DNA from: Octopus vulgaris
Lineage: Eukaryota
DNA length: 64,000 nucleotides
Reading direction: 5' to 3'
NCBI GenBank assembly: GCA_951406725.2
Contig: OX597831.1
Location: 65,658,001 to 65,722,000 of the forward strand
In this document: positions 38,725 to 49,640 of the stretch, piece by piece
Position numbering within the stretch: position 1 is the first letter of the stretch
How the letters are laid out: each line of letters begins with the position of its first letter
Program-made: the position numbers and the translations under genes
Notes under the pieces: generated by a model
The model's input: the letters and a program-made list of their open reading frames with translations, nothing else
The model's database searches: none
Told to the model about the DNA's origin: nothing

Positions 38725-41700
38725 ATGGCTATTCACATTGGTTGTTTAAATGTTCATGGCCTGTTGTCAAGCTGGAAGCAAGGACGCTTTCTAAATGACA
38801 TCAGGTCGAGAAATTTGGATGTAATTGTTGCAACGGAAACCCGGGTGAAGGGGCCAAGAGATCTGCTCCCCCTCCTGAACGGCTACGAGAAATACATTTC
38901 TCCGAGTCGGGCGGGAGGTGGGGGTGGGGTGTTGGTCCTACTAAAAAGAAACCGGGTAGCCGAGAAAAAGTTGGTTTTTTCTGACCCAGAAGGCAGGCTG
39001 GTCGTTCTCGACTTGACATTCAGTTGTGGCAAGACAATCAGGCTGGTCGCTATTTACGCACCAAACATTATTGGCCCGCAAACTGAATATTTTCGTGGCC
39101 TAGGAAAGTTCTTAGCCACGTCGCATTCACTAGTAGTGTTAGGAGACTCTAATACAATATGTGCAGCACACACAGATTGTGTTGGCTCAAACTCGAACAT
39201 GAACAGAAAATGTAACCCAGGCTTTCGGGATCTGCTAAATCAATTTCAGCTAGCAGATCCATATAGGTTGGCGCACCCGAACACTCCACAGTGGACGTGG
39301 TCAAATAGTGACGGGTCTACCAGAACATATCTAGATAGGATTTTAATTAGAGAAAAAGGTAAGTCCATAGTTGAGTGTCCACAGTTTTTTCTAGTCAGCT
39401 ACAGTGACCACAAGATGGTTACCTGTAAACTGACGGTAGATAAGTTGCATAGACAGGGATCTGACTACTGGAAACTCAATACGTCCCTTTTGGCGATTGA
39501 GGAGTACAGAAAGCGGATCAAGATGTTAATACAGAGGGCATTAACAGGTACCATCATTAATAACAAATGGTGGTACGCCCTAAAAAGTGCCATCAAATAT
39601 GAGTCTATTAGGTTTAGCATAAGTTTAGCTAAGAAGGGACGTAAAATAGGAGATGGTCTAGTTAAGGAACTAGAAGAAGCCTGGAGGACTGGTAATACAG
39701 ACCAAGCGAGGGTGAAAAGACTGGAGTTAAACCAGCATCTTGAAGCCCACCACATGGGAAGTATTACCAGAGCTAAGTTACGTGCAATGGGAAGTGAAGG
39801 AATCAAAGCCGCTGGATGGGCCCGAGTGGTGGAAGCTCGGCAAGGAAATAGTTCCTCTATTCGGTCTTTGACGAATCAAAATGGTGTCTTGGTAAACGAA
39901 CCCGAGAAAATGTGTGAGGTCTTTCGGGAGTACTTCGCTCAGAAGTTCGGGGGTGACGGCGGTCCTGGTGGTGGGAGAGCCCTCGAGGACTTTCTTACCG
40001 GGCTGCCGTGCCTCTCGGGGTCGGATGCGGAGTCTTGCGAAGGGTCAGTCACACCTGAGGAGGTGATGGAGGCTTTGGCCGATTGTAAAGCGGGTAAGTC
40101 ACCGGGACTTGATGGTCTTCCGTACGAGCTGTATAAATGTATGCCAGACTTGTTCGGGCAACTACTGACTGACGTGTACGCGAACTGGAAACAGAATGGG
40201 TTTATCCCCAGATCTGTGCGCCGGGGAGTAGTGACGTTGGTCAGAAAGGACCCGGACAAGGGGGACGTTCTAGAGAATTTCAGGCCCATCACTCTGTTAA
40301 ACGCAGAAGTGAAGATTTTGGCCAAGGTTCTAGCAAAAAGGTTGGCGCGTGTCGCGAATGGTATAGTCGGGGAGGCACAGACATGTGCCATCCCAGGCAG
40401 AACCATTCAGGATACCCTCCATCTTATTCGCTATACCATAGAGAGGGTTGGTAATAAATCTGGCAAAGGTGGGGCATTGGTGCATTTGGACCAGTCTAAA
40501 GCTTTTGATAGGGTTGACCATCGATACCTAGCGACTGTACTTGCGCGGTTTGGCCTGGGCCTTGGCTTCCTCAGGTGGTTTATCGCTTTGTACCACAACA
40601 TTGACTCGATAGTTCGGGTGAACGGTTTCCTTTCGAAGCCGTTCTCCATCAGACGCTCGGTTCGTCAAGGATGTCCGCTTTCACCACTTTTGTATGTGAT
40701 GGCTCTCGAGCCATTACTGCAAAGGTTGAGTGGCATCCCGAGAGAACCAGGACTAGAGGAGTTTGTTACGGCTTTCGCGGATGATATCACTATCAGTGTG
40801 ACCACAGTAGCACGCCTACGTGAAGTAGGTAAGACTATTGAGGCTTACGAGGAGGTAGCAGGAGCAAAGATTAACCGGGAAAAGTCGGTCGGCTTGCAGC
40901 TCGGCACCTGGGTTGGCAAGTCGATGCCTTCAGACAGTGTTGTTAGGCGCTGGACGGAGGGACCGGTTAAGTTGCTGGGAGTCTGGTTTGGACCAGGCCT
41001 CCAGATAGAGAAGAACTGGACGGAGATATTGAGCAGGGTGGCTGCAGTAGTCAAGACCTGGATAGGTGGCTATCCCTGAAAGGGAGGGCGGAGGTGGCCA
41101 ATGTGTTTATCGCATCGGTCATTACCTACCGCCTGACCGTCGTGCCCTGTCCGGATTCGTGGTTGATCAGGTTGGAGAGACAGCTCTTTCGCTTTTTGTG
41201 GAAGGGCAGGTCGCCACTTGTGAAACGCTCTGTCTGCTGTCAAAAGCCTTTAAAGGGAGGTTTAGGGATGCCTTGGTTAATGATGCGCAGACATGCGTTG
41301 AGGTTGAGGCACCTCTGGATTCTCCTGGATAGTGAACGGGTGTGGTCTCCGCTAGCCAGACAAATGTTCCCTGAGTTCAAGAGTTTTTGCGAACAGGAAG
41401 CCTGGTGTTCTCGTAGACCGAGGTCGAGTGAGTGGCATAAAGAGTGCCGTAAGGCCCTTTTGCTGTTCCGGCGCTCGGGCAACGCCAGCGGTGGGGGTTC
41501 CACACGGATTTTATATAGAGTCTGAATGCGACGATGGCCTGGGGTCGACTCTAGGTCTCGGATTTATTCAACTGGACAGCTTGTTTCATCGTACATTCGG
41601 GTTGAGAACGTTGGACAACTTCCAAAAGTCCTTAACCTGGCAATGCTACAGAGGTGCCTTGCCCGTTTGGGATAAGCTCGCAAGACATGGTAAACGCCAG

Positions 41701-42111
41701 TCGCCGACCTGTCCAAGATGCGGTGGGGACAGGGAAACCGTCCCTCACGCTATTGTTCAGTGTCCGGAGATAACTGAAATGTGGGCTTATGCTGAACATC
41801 TGTTGTCCGGCGAAGGAAGAGTACGGCTGTCGACTGAGTCAATTATAAAAATTGACCCACCGGGAGTTCTAACGAACGAAGGTAAGAATTGTTTTCTCAC
41901 GGTTGTAGCAATAGCAAAAGAGGCAGTATGGAAGATTAGGATAAAAGGAATTAAGACAGGCAACTTTATCTCTGGTGACAATTTACGATCCTTTTTTTCT
42001 TTTCATTTGAAAAGGAAACTGTGGCTGGAGAAGAGGTGTCTGTCAGAGTGTACGTTCCAAAAGAGATGGAAGTATGTTGCACGAGTGTTGTGCGTGCAAG
42101 GAACCGTGTGA
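38725..42111 (+). pseudogene. LINE ORF2: APE endonuclease + reverse transcriptase + C-terminal zinc knuckle, two frameshifts
   Basis: EN motifs CLNVHGL, TET, YAPN, GDSN, YLDR, SDH; RT motifs PGLDGL, FRPITLLN, DQSKAFDRVDH, RQGCPLSP, FADD; CPRC…H…C. Frameshifts near 41060 and 41520. Confidence 0.93.
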
Positions 42112-42370
42112 ATAGACGAGGAAAAAAAAAGGAAAAATAAAAAGGTATCAGCGGTAGATCGGGGCTTGTGGGATCGGAGCGTAACTTGATCATCGCTTCA
42201 TTTGTATTGTTTTTGTACTGTGTATTCCATACGATGTTTGTGTATTGTATTTTATTTTTGAAGTCACATTTATGTAAAATCATATCGATTCACTGATCCC
42301 ATCAGTTGTACTGTCCATATCTATGTTTGGCCCCCGGTGGGCAATAAAGAAATTCGTATTTCGTCTGCCG

Positions 42371-42722
42371 TTACGTTCAGAGTTCAAATTCCGCCGAGGT
42401 TGACTTTGCCTTTCATCCTTTCGGGGTCGATAGATTAAGTACCAGTTACGCACTGGGGTCGATATAATCGACTTAATCCGTTTGTCTGTCCTTGTTTGTC
42501 CCCTCTGTGTTTAGCCCCTTGTGAGTACTAAAGAAATAGGTATTTCGTCTGCCGTTACGTTGTGAGTTCAAATTCCGCCGAGGTCGACTTTGCCTTTCAT
42601 CCTTTCGGGGTCGATAGATTAAGTACCAGTTACGCATTGGGGTCGATATAATCGACTTAATCCGTTTGTCTGTCCTTGTTTCTCCCCTCTGTGTGTAGCC
42701 CCTTGTGGGTAGTAAAGAAATA
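42371..42722 (+). mobile_element. Two tandem SINE-A bodies (42371-42538; 42539-42722)
   Basis: Each ends aaagaaata; the second restarts at ggtatttcgtctgccg, the same site as the LINE TSD. Confidence 0.92.
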
Positions 42723-42800
42723 GGTATGCATGTATGTGTCCGCGTATGTATCTGTGGGTCTATGTGTACGTGTTCAAATATATATTCACATACATATTAC

Positions 42801-42985
42801 GGCGATGCTTCGGTATAGGTACACACGTGACTCTTTTTACATTTCTGAAGATAACAGAAACCCTTTTCTTCCACCCCTAACCCTAACACAAACCCTAACC
42901 CTAACCCTAATCCCCCATATATATTTAAAAAAACGCTTTCTTGAAATGTATCCGGTACTTCCGGCACTTATACCGAAGTTTCGCC
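42801..42985. mobile_element. MITE-2 (GGCGA TIR, internal CCCTAA repeats)
   Basis: TIRs ggcgatgcttcggtata / tataccgaagtttcgcc; perfect 8-bp TSD catattac at 42793-42800 and 42986-42993. Confidence 0.88.
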
Positions 42986-43014
42986 CATATTACAATATAT
43001 ATGTCTGTGTGTAT

Positions 43015-43069
<55 letters not shown>

Positions 43070-43118
43070 CACACATGCACATACTGTAGGCAGGAGTACC
43101 TATTATATTCGAGCGAAT

Positions 43119-43350
43119 AAGGCGGCGAGTGGCAGACACGCCAGCGCGCCGTCCGAAATGCTTAGCGGTATTTCGTCTGCCGTTACGTTCTGAGTTCAAA
43201 TTCCGCCGAGGTCGACTTTGCCGTTCATCTTTTCGGGGTCGATAAATAAAGTACCAGTTTCGCACTGGGGTCTATGTAATCGACTTAATCCTTTTGTCTG
43301 TCCTTGTTTGTCCCCTCTATGTTTAGCCCCTTGTGGGCAATAAAGAAATA
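43119..43350 (+). mobile_element. SINE family A, full length, Tx1-type tail
   Basis: Degenerate TSD atattcgagcgaat / atattccggcgaat. Confidence 0.92.
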
Positions 43351-43973
43351 CATATTCCGGCGAATCTAACACTACATCAATAGCTCAATGATCATGATAG
43401 TGTTAAAAGCTAACATTTTTCACATTCAATCCTATGTATTTCTCACCAATTTAGAGTGTATCGATGTGTAAAGGATATGTTTGCGTATTTCTTTGATTAG
43501 CTTCATATACGCTATTAGGTGTCTGATCGTCAAATAGGCTGGATAATGTTTACCTGCTGACTAGATTTACACGATATATTGAATGACGTCAGATAACCAT
43601 GGCGACTGTCATGTCCTTAGCTGACGATTGAAAGACTGACTATGCACAGAAAAATCGATGACTATTACTTGCGTGCTTTATATCGATATTGTTGCTAAAC
43701 CACTCATGGTATCGTGAAAGTAAAAGACAAGCGAAAAATTGCTGTGTTCTTCCAATTTAGTTTGTGTTTTCGATTCAAATATTTATAGCAACAGGGATTT
43801 TAGCTTCTGCTAACCTTACTTCTTATAAGTCTTTTCTATCCTTACACTCGTTGTAGAAGATCATTCACATATGGGGTATTCATGACACTTCTAAAATGTA
43901 CACTTTTATCCTAAAACGTATACACTTAGATATATTTATATTATTAACAACTGAATTATTTAAGTAAAAGATG

Positions 43974-44389
43974 GGATCTTTTCGGTTTGAACGGCAGTTT
44001 TTTAAAATAATTTCCACGTAACTAAACACTTTTAAACTTCGTATACTAATAGAATGTGTTTATAAAACATCTTTTTCTCTTGGCTTTATTGAGAAAATTC
44101 TATAGTTTGTAAGATATTTGTTGTTCTTTTCTTCAATTTCCGCAATTTCAACCAATCAATGACATCTATTGGGGTAAAAATCATTCTGTGCCGTATGAAT
44201 ATGTCCCTCGTTTAAGAAACAGATTGGGTTTATTTACATTTGTGAAGAAAAAAAGATATCCTTCCCCCACCCCTAACCCTAACCCTAAAACAGATTGAGA
44301 TGCAATAGATCGATACTAGGGTCATAATTATGGGTGACAATTTCATATGACACCGCTAGAAAAAACTGCCTTTCAAACCGAAAAGATCC
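43974..44389 (-). mobile_element. MITE-1
   Basis: Full TIRs, (ccctaa)3, partial TSD aaaaga. Confidence 0.92.
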
Positions 44390-44490
44390 AAAAGAATTAA
44401 TACTAAATAGATAACATGTATTTAATTTTGTGTAATGTTTCCTACGTTTTTATCTTGTATGCAAAAATATTTCAGTATTCACTCAGAAAG

Positions 44491-44696
44491 AAGCAGCGAG
44501 CTGGCAGAATCGTTAGCACGCCGGACAAAAAGCCTCGCAGTATTTCGTCTGTCTTTACGTTCTGAGTTCAAATTCCGCCGAAGTCCATTTTGCCTTTCAT
44601 TCTTTCGGGGTCGATAAAATAAGTATCAGTTGAGCACTGGGGTCGTTATACTCGTCTTCTTCTGGAATTGCTGGCTTTGTGCCAAAATTTGAAACG
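44491..44696 (+). mobile_element. SINE family A with alternative tail
   Basis: SINE-A head and body; tail ggaattgctggctttgtgccaaaatttgaaac. Confidence 0.85.
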
Positions 44697-45302
44697 AATA
44701 TTTTCTCAGAAGGGCGCAATGATTGAGTAGTTAACGCTTCTCAATTAGTCTAAGGGGTAGTGTTTTACTTCATAGGTTTATCATTTTGATTTAGTACTTA
44801 TAAGATCTTAGTCTCAAACTATGGTAGTTTCCGGCATACAAGGCGCACTGTTTTTTCCAAAATATTTACCATCCCCCCCAGTCACCCTTCGTCTTATATG
44901 CTGAAGGCCAGGCTTTGGGTTGACTTGGGAAACTGAGAATGTTAGTTTTAGTGCTGCGGTAGGCCTACCAGTATCTATTTTCAGAACGATTTTCAAATGA
45001 ATGTTATAAATTAAAAATATAGCTATACACGAGTATAGTAATAAATTACAAATTTATTTGTTCATTACGCATTATACGCATTATAAGCAAATGTGTATCC
45101 TCAGCAGCTGTGTGCTATTGTTTGTTTACAAGCGAGGACAGCAATCAGCATTGCCGAAACATTGCAAAAAAGAAAAAATCTCTTTAAGTTTTGGCACAAT
45201 GTACTAATGCTATCTGATCATCAAGATTACTTTTTAATTAACACAGTACATACCAGGAGTAATTTCTTGATTTAAATTACTACTTCATAAACTTAAAAAT
45301 AA

Positions 45303-45323
45303 TCTATATCTATAAAAGACAGG

Positions 45324-45372
<49 letters not shown>

Positions 45373-46258
45373 TGAATGTACTTTATGCACTTCCACAAAT
45401 TAGCATGCATGTCGCTCCAATTTTAGGAGGACATTGGTCACGGCCATCGCTGTGCTTTTGTCAACTCATTTTCCCCGCGGCACTCCCGGATAGCGGTAAA
45501 AATAGCTTTTCAACCATAACTTTTACCAATTTTCACGTCAGTGAAATCCGTAAGATTGCTAGTTAAGTCCCCTGTCTTATAGATTAATTCACCCTACTAC
45601 AACGCCTCCGAAAATAAAACAGATTTGAACTTCCTAAGTAATCTCAGCATAGAAAAAGAGAGAGAGCTGAAGAGACTGACTATCAGCAGACCCATTAGTA
45701 AAATATTATAACTTTTTGAACTGAAACCTGGCAATAAGAGCTTGTGGATATTCTGCTACAAAACATTCATGTGGAGGCGCAATGGCCCAGTGGTTAGGGC
45801 AGCGGACTCGCGGTCATAGGATCGCGGTTTCGATTCCCAGACCGGGCGTTGTGAGTGTTTATTGAGCGAAAACACCTAAAAGTTCCACGAGGCTCCGGCA
45901 GGGGATGGTGGTGATCCCTGCTGTACTCTTTCACCACAACTTTCTCTCACTCTTACTTCCTGTTTCTGTTGTACCTGTATTTCAAAGGGCCGGCCTTGTC
46001 ACTCTCTGTGTCACGCTGAATATCCCCGAGAACTACGTTAAGGGTTCACGTGTCTGTGGAGTGCTCAGCCACTTACACGTTAATTTCACGAGCAGGCTGT
46101 TCCGTTGATCGGATCAACCGGAACCCTCGTCGTCGTAACCGACGGAGTGCTTCCATCCACAAAACATTCAATAATATCGAAGCAGTAACTTTCATAAATC
46201 AGGGTGTAATCTTTGAAGACTCTTTCTGAACCCAGTCAACGACGGGTATTTCTGCTAG
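45303..46258 (+). mobile_element. Non-autonomous Helitron-like element containing a SINE-C
   Basis: A|TCtatatctataaaa start; 3' hairpin acccagtcaacgacgggt then CTAG|T. Confidence 0.65.
45771..46158 (+). mobile_element. SINE family C
   Basis: tRNA-like head (tggcccagtgg A box, ggtttcgattccc B box); TSD acaaaacattca at 45758-45769 and 46159-46170. Confidence 0.94.
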
Positions 46259-46456
46259 TAATAGATATAATTGTGAAGAATGATCAAAAGAACTAAAGTT
46301 TAAGTAGCTGTTTACCAATAGCGACGTTGTTCTGATAGTTATGACTTTATTCTCGGATTGTCGGTGAATGGCCGTACATGCGCAGATAATTGAAAATTTA
46401 TCAAAACCTCATAATGAAGTCAAAAAGGATACATGCCTACACAGTTATAAACTGCA

Positions 46457-46650
46457 TTTCTACTCTTCTCCTCTGGAAGCCATCTGCTCGCGATACCAGA
46501 GGGCGCACACTCTCCTACCCTGATGTAATCTCCAGGGATACAGGCATCCAGCAACAGGACCTCCGTAATACTATGATGGACCGTGAAGTCTGGCGTAACA
46601 TAGTAAATTCCATTGTCTCGACCACGATCGAACAATGATGATGATGATGA
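46457..46650 (+). mobile_element. 5'-truncated RTE-like LINE 3' end with (TGA)n tail
   Basis: LLLWKPSARDTRGRTLSYPDVISRDTG…MMDREVWRNIV followed by tgatgatgatga; interrupts the pogo ORF at a tgca duplication. Confidence 0.75.
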
Positions 46651-47572
46651 TGCAGGTAGAAGCATTTGCAAAGGAGCATGGCAACCGAGCTTCTGCAGTG
46701 CATTTTGTGCCTTCACCTACAGAGAAAATGGCTCGTGACTGGCGTAAACACGGGGGGGGGGGGAACTTCAGCGGACAGGAAGATCTAAACACAACCTTCG
46801 CAAACCGAAACCTAAATGTGTGGAACTTGAAGATGAGATAAAGACCCTGGTTTTGCAGTGTCAGTTAAACAAATCTTTGCGAAGCCAAAGAGCAGCTGCA
46901 AGAGGATTTTTCTGGTACTGCGGGTTGGTGCTGTAGATTCATGAAACGAAACGGATTAGCCATGCGAATAAAAACAAAAATAGCGCAAAAAATACCAGCA
47001 GAGTATGAAATCAAAACTATTGACTTTCATCTATTTGTTTTAAATGCCAGAGAAACAAAATTTTGAAGTGGAACAGATTGCAAACATAAATGAAGTTTCC
47101 ATGAGGTTTGATATACCGACCAATAAGTGTGTTGACGTAAAAGGTATCAAAACTGTGACTAGCAAAACCTTCGGTCATGAGAAATTAAATTTTACATATG
47201 TATTGGTTTGTTGTGCTGATGGAACCAATTATCACCTTTACTTATGTTCAAACAGAAAATAATGCCAAAAGAAAATATTCTAGCAGGATTTATCATCCAC
47301 GTTCACTCCAAGAATGGAGAGGTGAAGATACAATAAAACTCTGGTTAGAAAAAGTGTGGTCACCGCGTCCCAATGGGCTTCTCAAAAATCTATCGCTTCT
47401 TGTGTTGGATCGTTTCCGGGATCATATGACAAAGGGCACCAAGAGTAGAACAAATAGATTAAACACTAAACTGACTGTAATACCTGGAGATTAACAGGTC
47501 GACTACAACCTCTGTATGTATCAATAAACGAACCTTTTAAGGACTAGATGCACGAGAAATGGAACAAATGGC

Positions 47573-47984
47573 GGATCTTTTCGGTTTGAACAGCAGTTTT
47601 TAAAAATAATTTCCACGTAACTAAACACTTTTAAATTTCGTATACTGGTGGAATGTGTTTTTAAAACATCTTTTTCTCTTGGCTTTATTGAGAAAATTCT
47701 ATAGTTTTTAAGATATTTGTTGTTTTTTTTCTTCAATTTCTGAAATTTCAACCAATCAGTGACGTCTAATGAGGTAAAAAAACATTCTGTGCTGTATGAA
47801 TATGTCCCTTGTTTAAGAAACAGATTGGGTTTATTTACATTTGTGAAGAAAAAAGATACCCTTCCCCCCACCCCTAACCCTAAAATAGATTGAAATGCAA
47901 TAGATCGATACTAGGATCATAATTATGGGTGACAATTTCATATGATACCGCTAGAAAAAACTGCCGTTCAAACCGAAAAGATCC
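47573..47984 (-). mobile_element. MITE-1 inside the pogo transposase
   Basis: TSD caaatggc / caaatgga. Confidence 0.93.
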
Positions 47985-48399
47985 CAAATGGATGATGCTC
48001 CCACATAAGCTAACACTAACAAGTCGGGTGAAGAAGCCAACGATAGTTCAGGTTTGCCAGCGGGGAAAAAGTATTTGAGATGCAGTTAAAACGGAAACAG
48101 TTTTACGATCTTTTAAGAAATGTGGCATTAGCAATTGCTTCGATGGCGCAGAAGATGGTCTTTAATACGAGGAATCTGACACCTCTGACACAGATAGCAT
48201 TGATGACTCGAGGAGGAGGGTACGGATAGAGATAACAACAACAGTGAATTTGATGAGCGTTATGATGATGGTAAGTAATGGCTTGGTGGTGGGGCTTTGA
48301 AAATTAATAAAAAATATTTCAGTATTCTCACTTTTATCATAGAAAAATAATACCGTTTCATAATTTCTCGTGTTTTATAAGTTTTTATAAATAAAAATT

Positions 48400-48816
48400 G
48401 GATCTTTTCGGTTTGAACGGCAGTTTTTTCTAGCGGTGTCATATGAAATTGTTACCCATAATTATGACCCTAGTATCGATCTATTGCATTTCAATCTGTT
48501 TTAGGGTTAGGGTTAGGGGTGGGGGAAGGGTATCTTTTTTCTCTCCAGAAATGTAAATAAACCCAATCTGTTTCTTAAACGAGGGACATATTCATACGGC
48601 ACAGAATGTTTTCACATCAATAGACGTCATTGATTGGTTGAAATTGCAGAAACTGAAGAAAAACAACAACAAATATCTTACAAACTATAGAATTTTCTCA
48701 ATAAAGCCAAGAGAAAAAGATGTTTTATAAACACATTCCACCAGTATACGATGTTTAAAAGTGTTTAGTTACGTGGAAATTATTTTAAAAATCTGCCGTT
48801 CAAACCGAAAAGATCT
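48400..48816 (+). mobile_element. MITE-1
   Basis: TSD taaaaatt / taaaaatg. Confidence 0.93.
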
Positions 48817-49209
48817 TAAAAATGAAATGAAATATTTAATCGTACTATAAATATGATCCTCATGATTCCCTGTTACTTGTATTTACTAGCAATACATAAT
48901 ACATTACGTATCGCAATTCTCACAAATTTGTGGGAAAATAGCATAAAAAATATAGATATTTAAGTAAACATATTTTGATCACTAAGACGGTTTAAACTAC
49001 GGTAAATATTCAACCGTACTTTTTCGTTACCGAAGTTCTTTTGGCGCTACAATTGCCGCCACCATGTTTGTTTACAAGTGATGACGATGATGATGGTGTG
49101 AATTGCTTGAATATTAGGGGTGGTAGTTAGTAATGCCAGCAGTGCAGATTGATTATGTTAATGGTGATTCTTGATAGTTTTAGTGTTGCTGCTTGGTAGT
49201 AGTTAATGG

Positions 49210-49640
49210 GGATCTTTTCGGTTTGAACGGCAGTTTTTAACATAATTTCTAGGTAACTAAAAAATTTTAAACTTCGTATACTGGTAGAACATCTTTTTCT
49301 TTTGGCTTTATTGAGAAAATTCTATAGTTTGTAAGATATTTGTTGTTTTTTTCCTTCAATTTCTGCAATTTCAACCAATCAATAACGTCTATTGAGGTAA
49401 AAAAACATTCTGTGCCGTATGAATATGTCCCTCGTTTAAGAAACAGATTGGGTTTATTTACATTTGTGAAGAAAAAAAAGATACCCTTCCCCCACCCCTA
49501 ACCCTAACCCTAACTAACCATAACTAACCCTAACCCTAAAACAGATTGAAATGCAATAGATCGATACTAGGGTCATAATTGTGGGTGACAATTTCATAGG
49601 ACACCGCAAGAAAAAACTGCCGTTCAAACCGAAAAGATCC
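49210..49640 (-). mobile_element. MITE-1 with expanded CCCTAA array
   Basis: Perfect TSD gttaatgg. Confidence 0.94.

Larger units (their letters stand above)
37021..42354 (+). mobile_element. Apparently full-length Tx1/L1-clade non-LTR retrotransposon (5334 bp)
   Basis: 5'UTR, ORF1, ORF2 and 3'UTR ending gcaataaagaaatt; 16-bp TSD cgtatttcgtctgccg at 37005-37020 and 42355-42370. Confidence 0.95.
46414..48230 (+). pseudogene. pogo-family transposase pseudogene (Brinker-type DBD, CENP-B HTH, DDE)
   Basis: After removing insertions: YKLQVEAFAKEHGNRAS…RDWRK, GWCCRFMKRNGL, IANINEV, LLVLDRFRDH, VIPG, PLYVSINEPFK, SFKKCGISN. Confidence 0.85.

Noticed and set aside
37134-42283. Antisense ORFs over the LINE (167, 155, 113, 105 aa)
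   Set aside because: Shadows of the sense-strand coding sequence; no motifs.
45905-46108. Recurrent 67-aa ORF MVVIPAVLFHHN… (four copies)
   Set aside because: Lies inside SINE-C; recurrence reflects recent SINE amplification, and nothing indicates coding selection.
49495-49540. Telomere or chromosome-fusion site
   Set aside because: The short TTAGGG arrays are internal to MITEs with TIRs and TSDs.
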